Of a DNA stretch of 64,000 nucleotides, positions 27,347 to 36,757 are shown in pieces; position 1 is the first letter of the stretch; the number at the start of each line of letters is the position of its first letter. Position numbers and translations under genes: made by a program. The notes beneath the pieces are model-generated. The model made no database searches and was not told the origin of the DNA. It saw nothing but the letters and a program-made list of their open reading frames with translations. Source of the DNA: a virus; IMG/VR virus record IMGVR_UViG_3300025809_002164, positions 32,001 to 96,000 of that record. The stretch is one strand, 5' to 3'.

Positions 27347-28941
27347 GCATTCATTAAAGCTTTCCAGCCGCAAGGTATACTTAGATTATTTTTGTCTAAC
27401 CCTCCGCATTTACAGTCAAATGAAGAGTCGGATCTTAAGTTGTTATCCCAGCAGCTTTGTAGCCAGTATTGGGAGTGAGGATATTGACTTGCAGGCTCAA
27501 CTTTGCAGGTTTCAAGGCAGAGGTCATATGCTGTATTTGGATTCATATCATCACAGTTGTCTCGCAAGTCTGAAGTGTTGTCCGTTCTTCCATAATCTCC
27601 ATACCAAATTTTGATGTTATAATTTAATGGATTAGTTGTGACTGAGTTGACAAAGTCTATCGAGTTGTTTTGGTGATTGACTGACCAAGTGATGGTTTCA
27701 TTTAGGGCGGTCCCTTGGTGGGGTCCTCCGCGTTGAAACCAGACATCTGTTAATTCTGTGGGATGATTCATTATATCTTCATTGCAGATATATTCTATTT
27801 CTATTCTGAACGTACCATCAGACTCTTCGTTGGATTTTACAAAAAAACCTTCCAGGCTCACTTCATAAGGATCTCCTGATTGAACCTCCACTCCTTCATT
27901 GTTATATATTTTAAAATCAAAACCTTTAAATGTTCCGTCTAGATACAATCCTCTACCCCAATTTGGGTCATCTGAAGGCACGTCTATCCATTGAAAGTCT
28001 TGCCCGGAGGTCATTACTTCCTCCTGTATTATGGGCTCGCATTCTTGATATAAGGATATAAAGGGAACATACGCAAGCTCGTCTTGATTGTTGTAAAAAA
28101 CCTCAGGGCCTCCTTGCAAAAGTTGAATGTAAAATTCGTACTCCTCAAAGCTATGAATGTCATGCTCGGTTTCCAACGATGCCTTTTGTTCTTCGTATGT
28201 TGTAGGGTCGGCAGGGATCCAAGGTTTATTAGTAACTCCTTCAGGAAAAGATACAGAAAAATTTGCTTGACTACCCGCTTCAGTATGGCTGCTGCTAAGG
28301 AAAAATATCCCTTCATTGCAGTATCTAGCAATACGGTCACCCTCTTGATTGCGAGCCTTCACTGCTCTTCTGTGGCAAATTTGGCACGAGTTATCAGATG
28401 AAATTCCATAAGTTGAATCCTTGCAGGGCTCTGTAGTATTATCTAAATAGTTATCTACTTCTAGGAATTTATCCCAATCAGGAAAAGAAACTTTTGCTTT
28501 ATGTAAATAAATATTTAAACCTTCCTCTATTCCATCATCAGAGACTATTTGGTCTGATTGAATCGCTGAACCTAATACAACATCGCCACCTTGAGTATTA
28601 ATCTCTATTAGGGATCCCTCTTTACCTATGTACCTGTTAGGGATGGTTATACTATCACTCTTGATGTAAATTCCTTCAAATGGCTGGTCGTGAGGTTCGT
28701 AGCCTATGGTAAGGTCTGGTATATGCAGCGACCCATCTAAGTTTGTGAAGTCGTGATACATTTCTTGATCCTTTATGCCCCCTTCAGCAAAATCTGAGTC
28801 CTTGTCTAACAATAGATTGCAGGCGGCAACCGAATTAAATTTAGGTTTATGGCTAACGCTTATGATATCTTTGTCTTTAGATAAAAAATACCTACCACCC
28901 TCTCCTTCGAGGTCTCTCATATTAGTAAATTCTTCTCTCAT
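27343..28941 (-). CDS. Acidic Cys-rich hypothetical protein, possibly virion-associated
   Basis: 532 aa ORF, no recognised motif. Confidence 0.6.
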   Translation of the reverse strand: MREEFTNMRDLEGEGGRYFLSKDKDIISVSHKPKFNSVAACNLLLDKDSDFAEGGIKDQEMYHDFTNLDGSLHIPDLTIGYEPHDQPFEGIYIKSDSITIPNRYIGKEGSLIEINTQGGDVVLGSAIQSDQIVSDDGIEEGLNIYLHKAKVSFPDWDKFLEVDNYLDNTTEPCKDSTYGISSDNSCQICHRRAVKARNQEGDRIARYCNEGIFFLSSSHTEAGSQANFSVSFPEGVTNKPWIPADPTTYEEQKASLETEHDIHSFEEYEFYIQLLQGGPEVFYNNQDELAYVPFISLYQECEPIIQEEVMTSGQDFQWIDVPSDDPNWGRGLYLDGTFKGFDFKIYNNEGVEVQSGDPYEVSLEGFFVKSNEESDGTFRIEIEYICNEDIMNHPTELTDVWFQRGGPHQGTALNETITWSVNHQNNSIDFVNSVTTNPLNYNIKIWYGDYGRTDNTSDLRDNCDDMNPNTAYDLCLETCKVEPASQYPHSQYWLQSCWDNNLRSDSSFDCKCGGLDKNNLSIPCGWKALMNA

Positions 28942-28944
28942 TGA

Positions 28945-29718
28945 TTACTTTTTTTGAATTAAATTAGAAAAGTCATCCGTTGAGTATTGGCTTTGATTTG
29001 ACCTCTTGATTACGGAATGAACACAAATTCTAGTTTGATCTGAATGAGCTACATCTTGAGATGAGGCGGAGCTTGATTCTTCCCTGTCGAAGTCTTTTCT
29101 TGCTGGCAGTATGTTTATTTTTCTCTTATAGTCGGACGGGTAGATGTGAACTTTTGTGCCATCGTAATAAAATGCATTGCTTTTATCTTGATGAAATGCT
29201 ACATTTCCAGCTTCTATCCTTTCTAAATTGGGAAAAGAAACACTTCCATTTTTAACATGTATTTCTTTTGCGAAGATTCTAGCATCACATTCCGGGCCAG
29301 GGTTAGTGCTTGGAGTTAAGGCTGACGGCCCTATAGATAAATATGTTGAGTCAGATATGGAAACTTCCTTGTCGTGATTGGGTCCGAAGCATTCAACTTT
29401 CTTATCTTCGGGAATGCTGCTTGGGATGCTTGCATATTCAGCCAAGTGTGGAAATTTTCCATTTTCACCTATTGACCCAAGCTTTCCGAGGAATGGTAAT
29501 TTAGCATGACAATCATATTCAAACTTTGATAGCACTGTTTTTTCTTCAGGGTCGTTTTTTTGGGCGCCTCCTAGTAAGAAAAATTTGTCGTTTTGGTCTG
29601 GACTGTATACTCTTTCCTCTGATTGGGATACGGCATCTCCTACTTTTACCATTGAGCTTTTTTTTGCGGAATACCTAAGAAGGTCTTCATTGCTAATTAC
29701 GTCTATTAAGTCAGCCAT
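28945..29718 (-). CDS. Hypothetical protein
   Basis: 257 aa ORF; shares a short H-x3/4-VSFP-x-L/W segment with the downstream 532 aa ORF. Confidence 0.6.
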   Translation of the reverse strand: MADLIDVISNEDLLRYSAKKSSMVKVGDAVSQSEERVYSPDQNDKFFLLGGAQKNDPEEKTVLSKFEYDCHAKLPFLGKLGSIGENGKFPHLAEYASIPSSIPEDKKVECFGPNHDKEVSISDSTYLSIGPSALTPSTNPGPECDARIFAKEIHVKNGSVSFPNLERIEAGNVAFHQDKSNAFYYDGTKVHIYPSDYKRKINILPARKDFDREESSSASSQDVAHSDQTRICVHSVIKRSNQSQYSTDDFSNLIQKK

Positions 29719-29723
29719 AAAAT

Positions 29724-30377
29724 TTATTCCTCGTTGCAGGATTTTGGACTCCTTTCGAAAGCCTCATTAGGCAAACCTTCGTCGTCTAAAGAAATTCCCG
29801 GGGAATCTAGCTCCCATTTGGAGCTATTTCCGTGGACTACAACTTCAACATGGCTAATTATATTCTTGCCATTAATTGCCATTACAGGTATATCGCCTTC
29901 ACCGACATAAATGATCGAACTTTCAGCCTTGAAGTCTTCACCTTCAACATCTATGCCGACACTGGGGAAATCTTTACCTATTCCTAACTTTTCGAAATGT
30001 ATAGGTTTGCCGAAGCTTCCATCAAAAAAATCAAACTGATAAGTGCTCCACTTTTTGGAAGACGAGTTAAATTTTAAGCCAAAATTTTCGCCATAATCTG
30101 AGTCATCGAATTTATAATCTAGCTCGGATGATGTATCTGGGCAGTCAGACGTGTCTGTTTCTACTAGCAGCTGCTTCTCTTTTCCAAACTTAATCTTAGC
30201 GAATTGAAGTATCTGATCATGGAAATCATTATCATACATTCCAAGCCACCTGTAATCACTATCGTATATTTTATCCTGTATGGCTACATAATATTCTTCG
30301 TCTGAATTGTAGTCGTCTTTATCTATGAATTCTATTTCTTTATTTATTAAAGATTTATTTAGGCTTAAAGCTTCCAT
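29724..30377 (-). CDS. Acidic hypothetical protein
   Basis: 217 aa ORF in the same operon. Confidence 0.6.
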   Translation of the reverse strand: MEALSLNKSLINKEIEFIDKDDYNSDEEYYVAIQDKIYDSDYRWLGMYDNDFHDQILQFAKIKFGKEKQLLVETDTSDCPDTSSELDYKFDDSDYGENFGLKFNSSSKKWSTYQFDFFDGSFGKPIHFEKLGIGKDFPSVGIDVEGEDFKAESSIIYVGEGDIPVMAINGKNIISHVEVVVHGNSSKWELDSPGISLDDEGLPNEAFERSPKSCNEE

Positions 30378-30391
30378 AACTTATTTAAAAC

Positions 30392-30556
30392 TTAACTCCT
30401 GTCTAGTTTCCCTATTGTTATGGTTAAATTTTTTAAAATATATTCAGGTAGGATGTTTTTGTTTTTGGTTTCTTTAGTCTTTTTTAAGAGAGAGTCTCCT
30501 TTTTTGACGAAAACATGATCTAGATCGCCGGCAGGCTCTGAGCATTCTTGTGGCAT
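30392..30556 (-). CDS. Small protein, 54 aa (not in ORF track)
   Basis: MPQECSEPAGDLDHVFVKKGDSLLKK...; GTGTA at 30567-30571, 10 nt before ATG. Confidence 0.55.
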   Translation of the reverse strand: MPQECSEPAGDLDHVFVKKGDSLLKKTKETKNKNILPEYILKNLTITIGKLDRS

Positions 30557-30591
30557 AAAGTATATATACACATAATTTATTTCATAAAGAA

Positions 30592-31605
30592 TTAAAAATC
30601 ATCATCAAGGGAGCCGCTTTGTTGGTATTCTCTAACCCTCCTCTCGAAAAAATTACCCATAGCTTGAACATCAACAACTTCACCTAGCCAAGGGAAAGGA
30701 TTTTTATCGCTAGGAAATCTGTAATCTAAACCAATAGCCTCAAGCCTCCTGTTACCTATGTAGTGCATATAGTCCACAAACATTTCTGCATTTAGACCCA
30801 GTATTCCAGTTGGAAGTACATCATGAGCATAAGCTATTTCAAGCTCGACAGCTTTTTTGATATGCTCTACGAATTCTTCTTGTATTGATTTTGTCCAAAT
30901 AGATGGGTTTTGTTCTATTAATGTGTTTATTAAATATGTACCAAATGCGATATGAGAACTTTCGTCTCTAAGGGTGTATTTAATTTGGTCTGATATACCC
31001 TGAAGCTTGTTCTGTCTACCTAAAGCTAGGAGCATAGCGAATCCGCTAAAGAAAAAAGTTCCTTCACAAACGATCCAATAAGTCAAGAAGTTTCTTAAAA
31101 TTTCTTGCTTGCCCGACTTAGTTTCTGGGTTAAAATCTGACCTACCTAGGTCGTTAGTTATACCCATAAGGAAGTCATCCTTAGCTTTTATGCTTGGTAT
31201 TGTTTCGTAGGCATTAAATACTTCCTCTACATCAAGGTCTAGGCTATCGCAGATATATACTACCGTGAGGTTGTGAAGGCTTTCTTCAAAAGCTTGACGA
31301 AGTATGTACTGCCTGCACTCAGCATCCGTAACATATTTGAAGGCACTAAGCAAAAGATTATTACCAACAAGAGACTCAGATCCAGCAAAAAACCCAAGGC
31401 AGCGCTTAACAAGTAGTTTCTCATCTTCAGAAATTTCATTATTTTTCCATTGTTTTATGTCGTCTTGCATGGAAATCTCGGTAGGCATCCAGTTATTTGC
31501 GCAACTTTTTAAGAAAAGGTCCCATGCAAACTTATGTTTATGTGGTAAAATTCTATTTACCCCTGCAATATTTTTAGTTAAAAGTTCTCCGGTTTTTGTT
31601 TCCAT
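30592..31605 (-). CDS. nrdB: Ribonucleotide reductase beta subunit with class Ic (Mn/Fe) signature
   Basis: NNWMPTEI, FFAGSESLVGNN, FEESLHNLTV, EGTFFFSGF, RDESSH, NFFERRVREY. Confidence 0.92.
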   Translation of the reverse strand: METKTGELLTKNIAGVNRILPHKHKFAWDLFLKSCANNWMPTEISMQDDIKQWKNNEISEDEKLLVKRCLGFFAGSESLVGNNLLLSAFKYVTDAECRQYILRQAFEESLHNLTVVYICDSLDLDVEEVFNAYETIPSIKAKDDFLMGITNDLGRSDFNPETKSGKQEILRNFLTYWIVCEGTFFFSGFAMLLALGRQNKLQGISDQIKYTLRDESSHIAFGTYLINTLIEQNPSIWTKSIQEEFVEHIKKAVELEIAYAHDVLPTGILGLNAEMFVDYMHYIGNRRLEAIGLDYRFPSDKNPFPWLGEVVDVQAMGNFFERRVREYQQSGSLDDDF

Positions 31606-31644
31606 GTTGTATATATCGTTATGATTGAATAATCAGATCACATT

Positions 31645-31673
31645 ATGATAATGCAAAATGCAAAAGAAGTCAA
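31645..31673 (-). promoter_or_regulatory. Sigma70-type promoter for nrdB
   Basis: TTGACT-17 nt-TATCAT. Confidence 0.7.
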
Positions 31674-31691
31674 GACTTAAATGTAATAACT

Positions 31692-32201
31692 CTAACCTTT
31701 ATAGACCGCACAGACCGAAAGGCCTTGATTGGCAACCACTGTTGTGTATAAGGCTATTTTGCCATCAAAATTCATTCCGACACTTGGAGTGAAGTCAAAA
31801 TTTGCCGCCCCTGAAGTTGGAACTGTGAATTTTATTATTCCTTGCGTATTATTTTTTATAACTATGACTTCATTCATAGAGGCATTGCCAGTTACGCTAG
31901 CTTGAACTCCATAAAGAATTGAGGGGCCAGAAGTGAAATCGCCAGCAGACGTAAGCCTTTTGACGGTAGCCGCAGAATTAACTCCGCTAATGTTAGCATT
32001 GACTCCGCTAATGTTGTCATTTAGCTTCTGGTTCAAGCCGCTAATGTTAGCATTGACTCCGCTAATGTTGTCATTTAGCTTCTGGTTCAAACCGCTAACG
32101 TTAGCGTTTATGTTGTTTAATTCTGAGCTTATGTATGAAAATGATAACGGGGACCAAGAATTAAGTGAATCGTCTTTTAAGTATATTTCGGAGTTAGCCA
32201 T
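31692..32201 (-). CDS. Putative small fibre/decoration protein with N-x-S repeat stalk
   Basis: NANISG/NDNISG repeats then a beta-rich C-terminal domain; GTGTA at 32212-32216. Confidence 0.6.
   Translation of the reverse strand: MANSEIYLKDDSLNSWSPLSFSYISSELNNINANVSGLNQKLNDNISGVNANISGLNQKLNDNISGVNANISGVNSAATVKRLTSAGDFTSGPSILYGVQASVTGNASMNEVIVIKNNTQGIIKFTVPTSGAANFDFTPSVGMNFDGKIALYTTVVANQGLSVCAVYKG
31984..32108. repeat. 54-bp coding tandem repeat, about 2.3 copies
   Basis: ccgctaatgttagcattgactccgctaatgttgtcatttagcttctggttcaa(g/a) at 31984 and 32038, partial copy from 32092. Confidence 0.9.
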
Positions 32202-32252
32202 GTATTATACATACACTTTAAAGGGTTTCTTTGCCTGAAAAATTAAATATTT

Positions 32253-32474
32253 TTAGTCTTTAGCTAGGAAATAAGATATAGAATATGGATCTGCTGTAAA
32301 TTTTTTACATCTTAATGGGGAATAGAGCTCTTGAGGTTTTACTTTTTTAGGTATTAGTAAACTATCTAGAGATAAATCAGTTTCTTTTAGGATTGATGTT
32401 ATGTATATGGAGTGACCATCTAACTCGATTGTTTCGCTTTCGTTAATTTTGCTGGATTTTATTTGAGGGCTCAT
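32253..32474 (-). CDS. Hypothetical protein
   Basis: 73 aa; GTGTA at 32487-32491. Confidence 0.6.
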   Translation of the reverse strand: MSPQIKSSKINESETIELDGHSIYITSILKETDLSLDSLLIPKKVKPQELYSPLRCKKFTADPYSISYFLAKD

Positions 32475-32502
32475 TGATATTATATATACACATTAACTGT
32501 AG

Positions 32503-33549
32503 TTAGTGTATGAATGTTGATAGAGTTTTAATATTGACATCAATAAGATTCTTCCTAGAGGGTGTTTTATTGTGGAGAGGGCTTGAACTTTTAACATAAT
32601 GGTAGTCTAAGTTTAGAAGGTTAGATATGTTCCAATAAAGCGGAGAGAAAAAATTAAAACTAAACAGTTCAATTATCTTGGTATTTTGTTTACAAAAAAT
32701 TAAATTTGCCAGACTTGCCCCATGTGGGGAAATTATAATTTCAGCGCTCTTAAAAATAGCAGCCTGCTCTAGGATGGTTAAGTTTTCTAAAATAACCTTT
32801 TTGTAATTAAGTTTATTTAAATAACTATATAGTTCAGTTTGATTTGATATTCCTCCTCCTTTATTTTTTTGTCTATGTATATATATTTTTTTAAATTTAC
32901 ATTTCTTATTTGTTTTAAATAAATTATTTATAAATTCAATAGACCAGTCTGTTATATGTATATGTCGGTTAGGCTCGCTGGGTATAATTATATTTTTGAA
33001 TATATATTTTATGCCTTTTTCTTGCTCGACTAGCTGATTCTCTGATATACCTATTCTTTTCAAGCTTTCAATTACAAAGGGCCCCTTAATTGGGGGTATT
33101 AAGAAAGTTTTTATCGTGGAGAGATCTACTCCGTCGTTAATTAAAAGTTTCAACCTGGGAATCACTTGACATATCCAATGGAAGTAATTGCAGCTAGAAT
33201 CCATAGATAGTAATACTGACTTATGTTTAACTATTTTTGTGTATTTAACCTCCGGAATCTCAAGGTCGTACTTGGAGGAAATATCTGTAAATTTTTTGAC
33301 CCCTATGTTGCTTATTAAGCAGGAGCCGCAATTGTTTAATGCTAGGATTGAAATATCTTCGCAATATGATACGTATGAGCTTGAGTGATTAAACAATTTT
33401 ACCTTTTCGAGATACCTAGATATACTAGGATCAATGAATTTATCGTTTGTTACTGGTTTTTTATTAAAATAAGACGGTTGGGCTTTTTTGTAATGATAAT
33501 TAAGTTTCCAGTTTTTTTTAGCCTCCTTTATGTATTCAGGTAAATTCAT
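32503..33549 (-). CDS. Glycosyltransferase family 61 (DUF563)
   Basis: NYFHW...PRL, IYIHR, LENLTILEQ...SPHGASLANLIFC...IIELF. Confidence 0.85.
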   Translation of the reverse strand: MNLPEYIKEAKKNWKLNYHYKKAQPSYFNKKPVTNDKFIDPSISRYLEKVKLFNHSSSYVSYCEDISILALNNCGSCLISNIGVKKFTDISSKYDLEIPEVKYTKIVKHKSVLLSMDSSCNYFHWICQVIPRLKLLINDGVDLSTIKTFLIPPIKGPFVIESLKRIGISENQLVEQEKGIKYIFKNIIIPSEPNRHIHITDWSIEFINNLFKTNKKCKFKKIYIHRQKNKGGGISNQTELYSYLNKLNYKKVILENLTILEQAAIFKSAEIIISPHGASLANLIFCKQNTKIIELFSFNFFSPLYWNISNLLNLDYHYVKSSSPLHNKTPSRKNLIDVNIKTLSTFIH

Positions 33550-33550
33550 A

Positions 33551-35296
33551 TTAATATTTAATATTTAATATTTTATTATCTATAGATCTAAGAATTGATT
33601 TAATGAAGCTCTGTGGGTTGATTAATTCTTTATCTATTAATTTACCCTCTATTGAGTGAGAACCTAGAATCTTTGCATTGATATCTGGAAAGTTTCGCAT
33701 AAGGGATGTATCCTCCAGTATATTTACAGCATGCCATAGTCCATTCATTGAGGTTTTGTATTGGTGGAATGTTTGAATTTTATTTAAAACCTCAAAATTT
33801 ACTATATCTTCGCCACAATGTAGGCCGGTTAATGTAGATCCATGTATCGAGTGCCAGAAGGGAACTATGGTTAGGAAATTCTCCCTGAGTTTGCCAAAGC
33901 ATAAATTTATTTTTTTATCATTTAATTTTAATTTATTAATATAATGTTTTAATACTAATTCGGGATTCCATTGAAACTCGTTATGTATGTTACTCCATGT
34001 TAATTGGCTCGAATTTTCTAAGCTCCACTCATACCATTCATTCAAGAAAAAATCTAAAATATTCATTCTTTTCTTGACATTTGCTGAACTCCCCATGCAA
34101 AATCTATCATTAAGACCCATGAGGTGGTTGTCGTGCGCGGGAAAATAGATGTTTTTATTACTTAAGTTCGATATGTTATCCAGTGAATTAAAAAAATGTA
34201 AGTCTGGCCGGGACCATATGACCCAGTCATACTCAAAGCCTTCTTGGGATTCTATACCTTCTATCATTGAGCAGCACTGCTTCATCGAGCTCCACTGGTT
34301 TAGATTGCCTTCAATTCCATGCCTCTGCCTGCACATGTTTTGATCCATTGATAGCTCCTTTTTTGAAAATTCTGGGTCTTTTTGGAATTTTATTTCAAAC
34401 CTGTTAAATAGAGGTTTTAATTTTTTTAATGCTTTGATGCTACTTTTGCTTGTGTTTTTGTCTGGAAAATTGCCGATGAAGTCGGTATTGTCTGGTAAGC
34501 TGTTTATGATTCTAGCAATATAGGAGTAAGAAGATTCGCTGAAATTTCTAAGCAGAGATGACATACATAAGGCTATCCTAGTAGAAGACTTATCCGCTTT
34601 GTTTAGTTTTATTGAGTTTGGTTTTAATTTTTTCTCTTGTTGGGCATTTATTAATTGAGAATTTTTTACATGATTTAATTGATCTAGTTTTAATTCTACA
34701 CCTTCCGTCCAGTTGGCATGGTGGACCATTATTTTGGAGCAAATGTCTAGGGTTTTGAGGTTTTTATATTTAAAGCCAGGACTCCAAAATCTATTTCTGG
34801 GTAGTGTTCCGTAGTTAAGATTGCACAGACTTTTATCTTTCAGTAATAACTGCATGATGTGCTGCTCTCCCGCTCCTGGAATATTAATAGATTCTTTCAA
34901 TTTATTAAGCACAATATCCATGAATTTTGAAACTCTGGCAGAGCATTTGCATATAAAAAATCCTGAGCATATTTCGTTTTTTGTATTATTGGACTGGAAT
35001 AGTATGTCAAACTTTTTAATTTTTTTAATAAGGAAGGGCTTTGTTTTTTTTAAGAATTGAATATCTACGTCTGAGCATATTATGGTATCGCCTATATTGT
35101 TATCAATAGCCTCCTTCCAGTATGAAACTTTTTTGTATTGAGTTTTTTTCCAGCCAGCTTTTCCATAAGATCCTGAGGGGCAGGGCTGATCGGGGTCCAT
35201 TAAATGGTGAACCTCATATTCAATAGATGCGGTAGGTAAAAACCAGTCGCTGAAGAAAATTTCATGAGATGGTGTAAAAAAAGTGTATATTTTCAA
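33551..35296 (-). CDS. Two-domain glycosyltransferase: GT77-like nucleotide-diphospho-sugar transferase plus a second GT-like domain
   Basis: CSDVDIQF, ICSGFF, HHANW; RIALCMS-x2-LRNF, YDWVIWSRPD, NDRF. Confidence 0.75.
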   Translation of the reverse strand: MKIYTFFTPSHEIFFSDWFLPTASIEYEVHHLMDPDQPCPSGSYGKAGWKKTQYKKVSYWKEAIDNNIGDTIICSDVDIQFLKKTKPFLIKKIKKFDILFQSNNTKNEICSGFFICKCSARVSKFMDIVLNKLKESINIPGAGEQHIMQLLLKDKSLCNLNYGTLPRNRFWSPGFKYKNLKTLDICSKIMVHHANWTEGVELKLDQLNHVKNSQLINAQQEKKLKPNSIKLNKADKSSTRIALCMSSLLRNFSESSYSYIARIINSLPDNTDFIGNFPDKNTSKSSIKALKKLKPLFNRFEIKFQKDPEFSKKELSMDQNMCRQRHGIEGNLNQWSSMKQCCSMIEGIESQEGFEYDWVIWSRPDLHFFNSLDNISNLSNKNIYFPAHDNHLMGLNDRFCMGSSANVKKRMNILDFFLNEWYEWSLENSSQLTWSNIHNEFQWNPELVLKHYINKLKLNDKKINLCFGKLRENFLTIVPFWHSIHGSTLTGLHCGEDIVNFEVLNKIQTFHQYKTSMNGLWHAVNILEDTSLMRNFPDINAKILGSHSIEGKLIDKELINPQSFIKSILRSIDNKILNIKY

Positions 35297-35330
35297 TTTA
35301 GTTTTTTAATTTTAGTGTAATTTTATATTG

Positions 35331-35516
35331 ATGAGTAACATTATTTTAAATGTAGGAGGGCTGCTATTTTCAAATTCAGCATTTAGATTAACTTTGCTTT
35401 TTATTTCTAGAGCTATGACAGTAATGAACTCAACCCTTTCAATCGGTAAGGGAGTAACTAAGTTGGGCTTAGCTTTCGTGTTCGGGGATAGGGATAACTA
35501 CGATGTTAATTATTAA
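35331..35516 (+). CDS. Small hypothetical protein
   Basis: Fills an intergenic gap; GTGTA at 35315-35319, 11 nt before ATG. Confidence 0.55.
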   Translation: MSNIILNVGGLLFSNSAFRLTLLFISRAMTVMNSTLSIGKGVTKLGLAFVFGDRDNYDVNY

Positions 35517-36442
35517 AATTTAAATCTAAATAATTTATCATCCTCGTTCCTGTAAAAAAAATATTTATTGATGTCATTTGTTAGTTTTTTATTATTGCAT
35601 TTGAGTATAGATTCATCATAGTAGGTATCGCCTATAGGGCAGTAATCATGTTTTTTTAATAGTTCATACCTCTTGATATATTTCCTGTTTTTAATTCTGC
35701 CATGATGTAGTGAAGAGATTGTATCATCATTACAATCTACCTTACCCTTTATTAATTCACCCCACTCTTTAGACCAGTTGAAATAATCCTGAAAATATGA
35801 AGGTAGCCTTAATTTTAGTATGGGGTGGTTTTGCATTATTCCATATAGATTAAACCCCTTAGAGAATGAAGCATTCCATAGTAGACTATCTCCTCCTCCC
35901 AGTATGGCTTTGTCATACAGTTTGCAGGATTGTAGTATGGAAGATTTAGATGCCCATGCATAGCCAGTTTTGTATACTGTGTTAATTGACTGTGTGTTTC
36001 CGGATATCTTCCAGTATTTGACACACCCGTCTCTGTATACTGAGTCATCCTTGCTTATATACTGCCTGGATGTAGAGAAAAGTTGACATAAGTTGCTTCT
36101 TTGTAACTTTTCGACAGTTTCTCCAGGCCAGTGGCTATTATTGAATATGACATCCGCATCGAGCCATGCTATATTCTCATAACCCTGATAGATGAGTTTG
36201 GATATTCCTATGTTAAGTAGATTTTCTTTATGCCATAGAATTTGGTCTGAATATACTTTAAGGCTATTGATTTCACTTGGTAGTGAATGCTTTTGGTTTT
36301 TGTAAATTAACTCAACTACTAATAAATTATTAACTTGCCTAGATGTTTTTTTAAAAAAAACAAGAAAGTTGTCTTTTTTTGATTTATAATTATATGGATT
36401 GAAGTAGCAACAGACGACTCCTAAGGATTTTTCATTAGGCAT
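35513..36442 (-). CDS. GT-A fold glycosyltransferase-like protein
   Basis: WHKENLLNIG, IAWLDADVIF (DxD), GYAWA, GGGD, LHHG. Confidence 0.65.
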   Translation of the reverse strand: MPNEKSLGVVCCYFNPYNYKSKKDNFLVFFKKTSRQVNNLLVVELIYKNQKHSLPSEINSLKVYSDQILWHKENLLNIGISKLIYQGYENIAWLDADVIFNNSHWPGETVEKLQRSNLCQLFSTSRQYISKDDSVYRDGCVKYWKISGNTQSINTVYKTGYAWASKSSILQSCKLYDKAILGGGDSLLWNASFSKGFNLYGIMQNHPILKLRLPSYFQDYFNWSKEWGELIKGKVDCNDDTISSLHHGRIKNRKYIKRYELLKKHDYCPIGDTYYDESILKCNNKKLTNDINKYFFYRNEDDKLFRFKF

Positions 36443-36488
36443 TTTATTATAATATGTAAAATATTATAAATGTTTTGTTTTACTTTTT

Positions 36489-36737
36489 CTATTTTTTATT
36501 TAAATTAGACTTGAATTTATTGTACCAATAGTGAGAGCTTCGCCTTAGAGACTCATTTGAGTACCTAACTAGCTCAAGCATTGAGTCGGCTAGCTCTGCT
36601 TTATTTTCGGAAAAAGAAGAAGAGCTAGTTGCTTGAATTTCCTTAATTATTTCTTGAACGAAGTCAATGTAGGGGCATGTATTGCTAGGCACCTCGGGAG
36701 CTTCAAGCTCATAATCCTTTAATGTCTTTTTATTCAT
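36489..36737 (-). CDS. Hypothetical protein
   Basis: 82 aa with TCPYID; GTGTA at 36750-36754. Confidence 0.65.
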   Translation of the reverse strand: MNKKTLKDYELEAPEVPSNTCPYIDFVQEIIKEIQATSSSSFSENKAELADSMLELVRYSNESLRRSSHYWYNKFKSNLNKK

Positions 36738-36757
36738 CTTAATATTAAATACACTAA

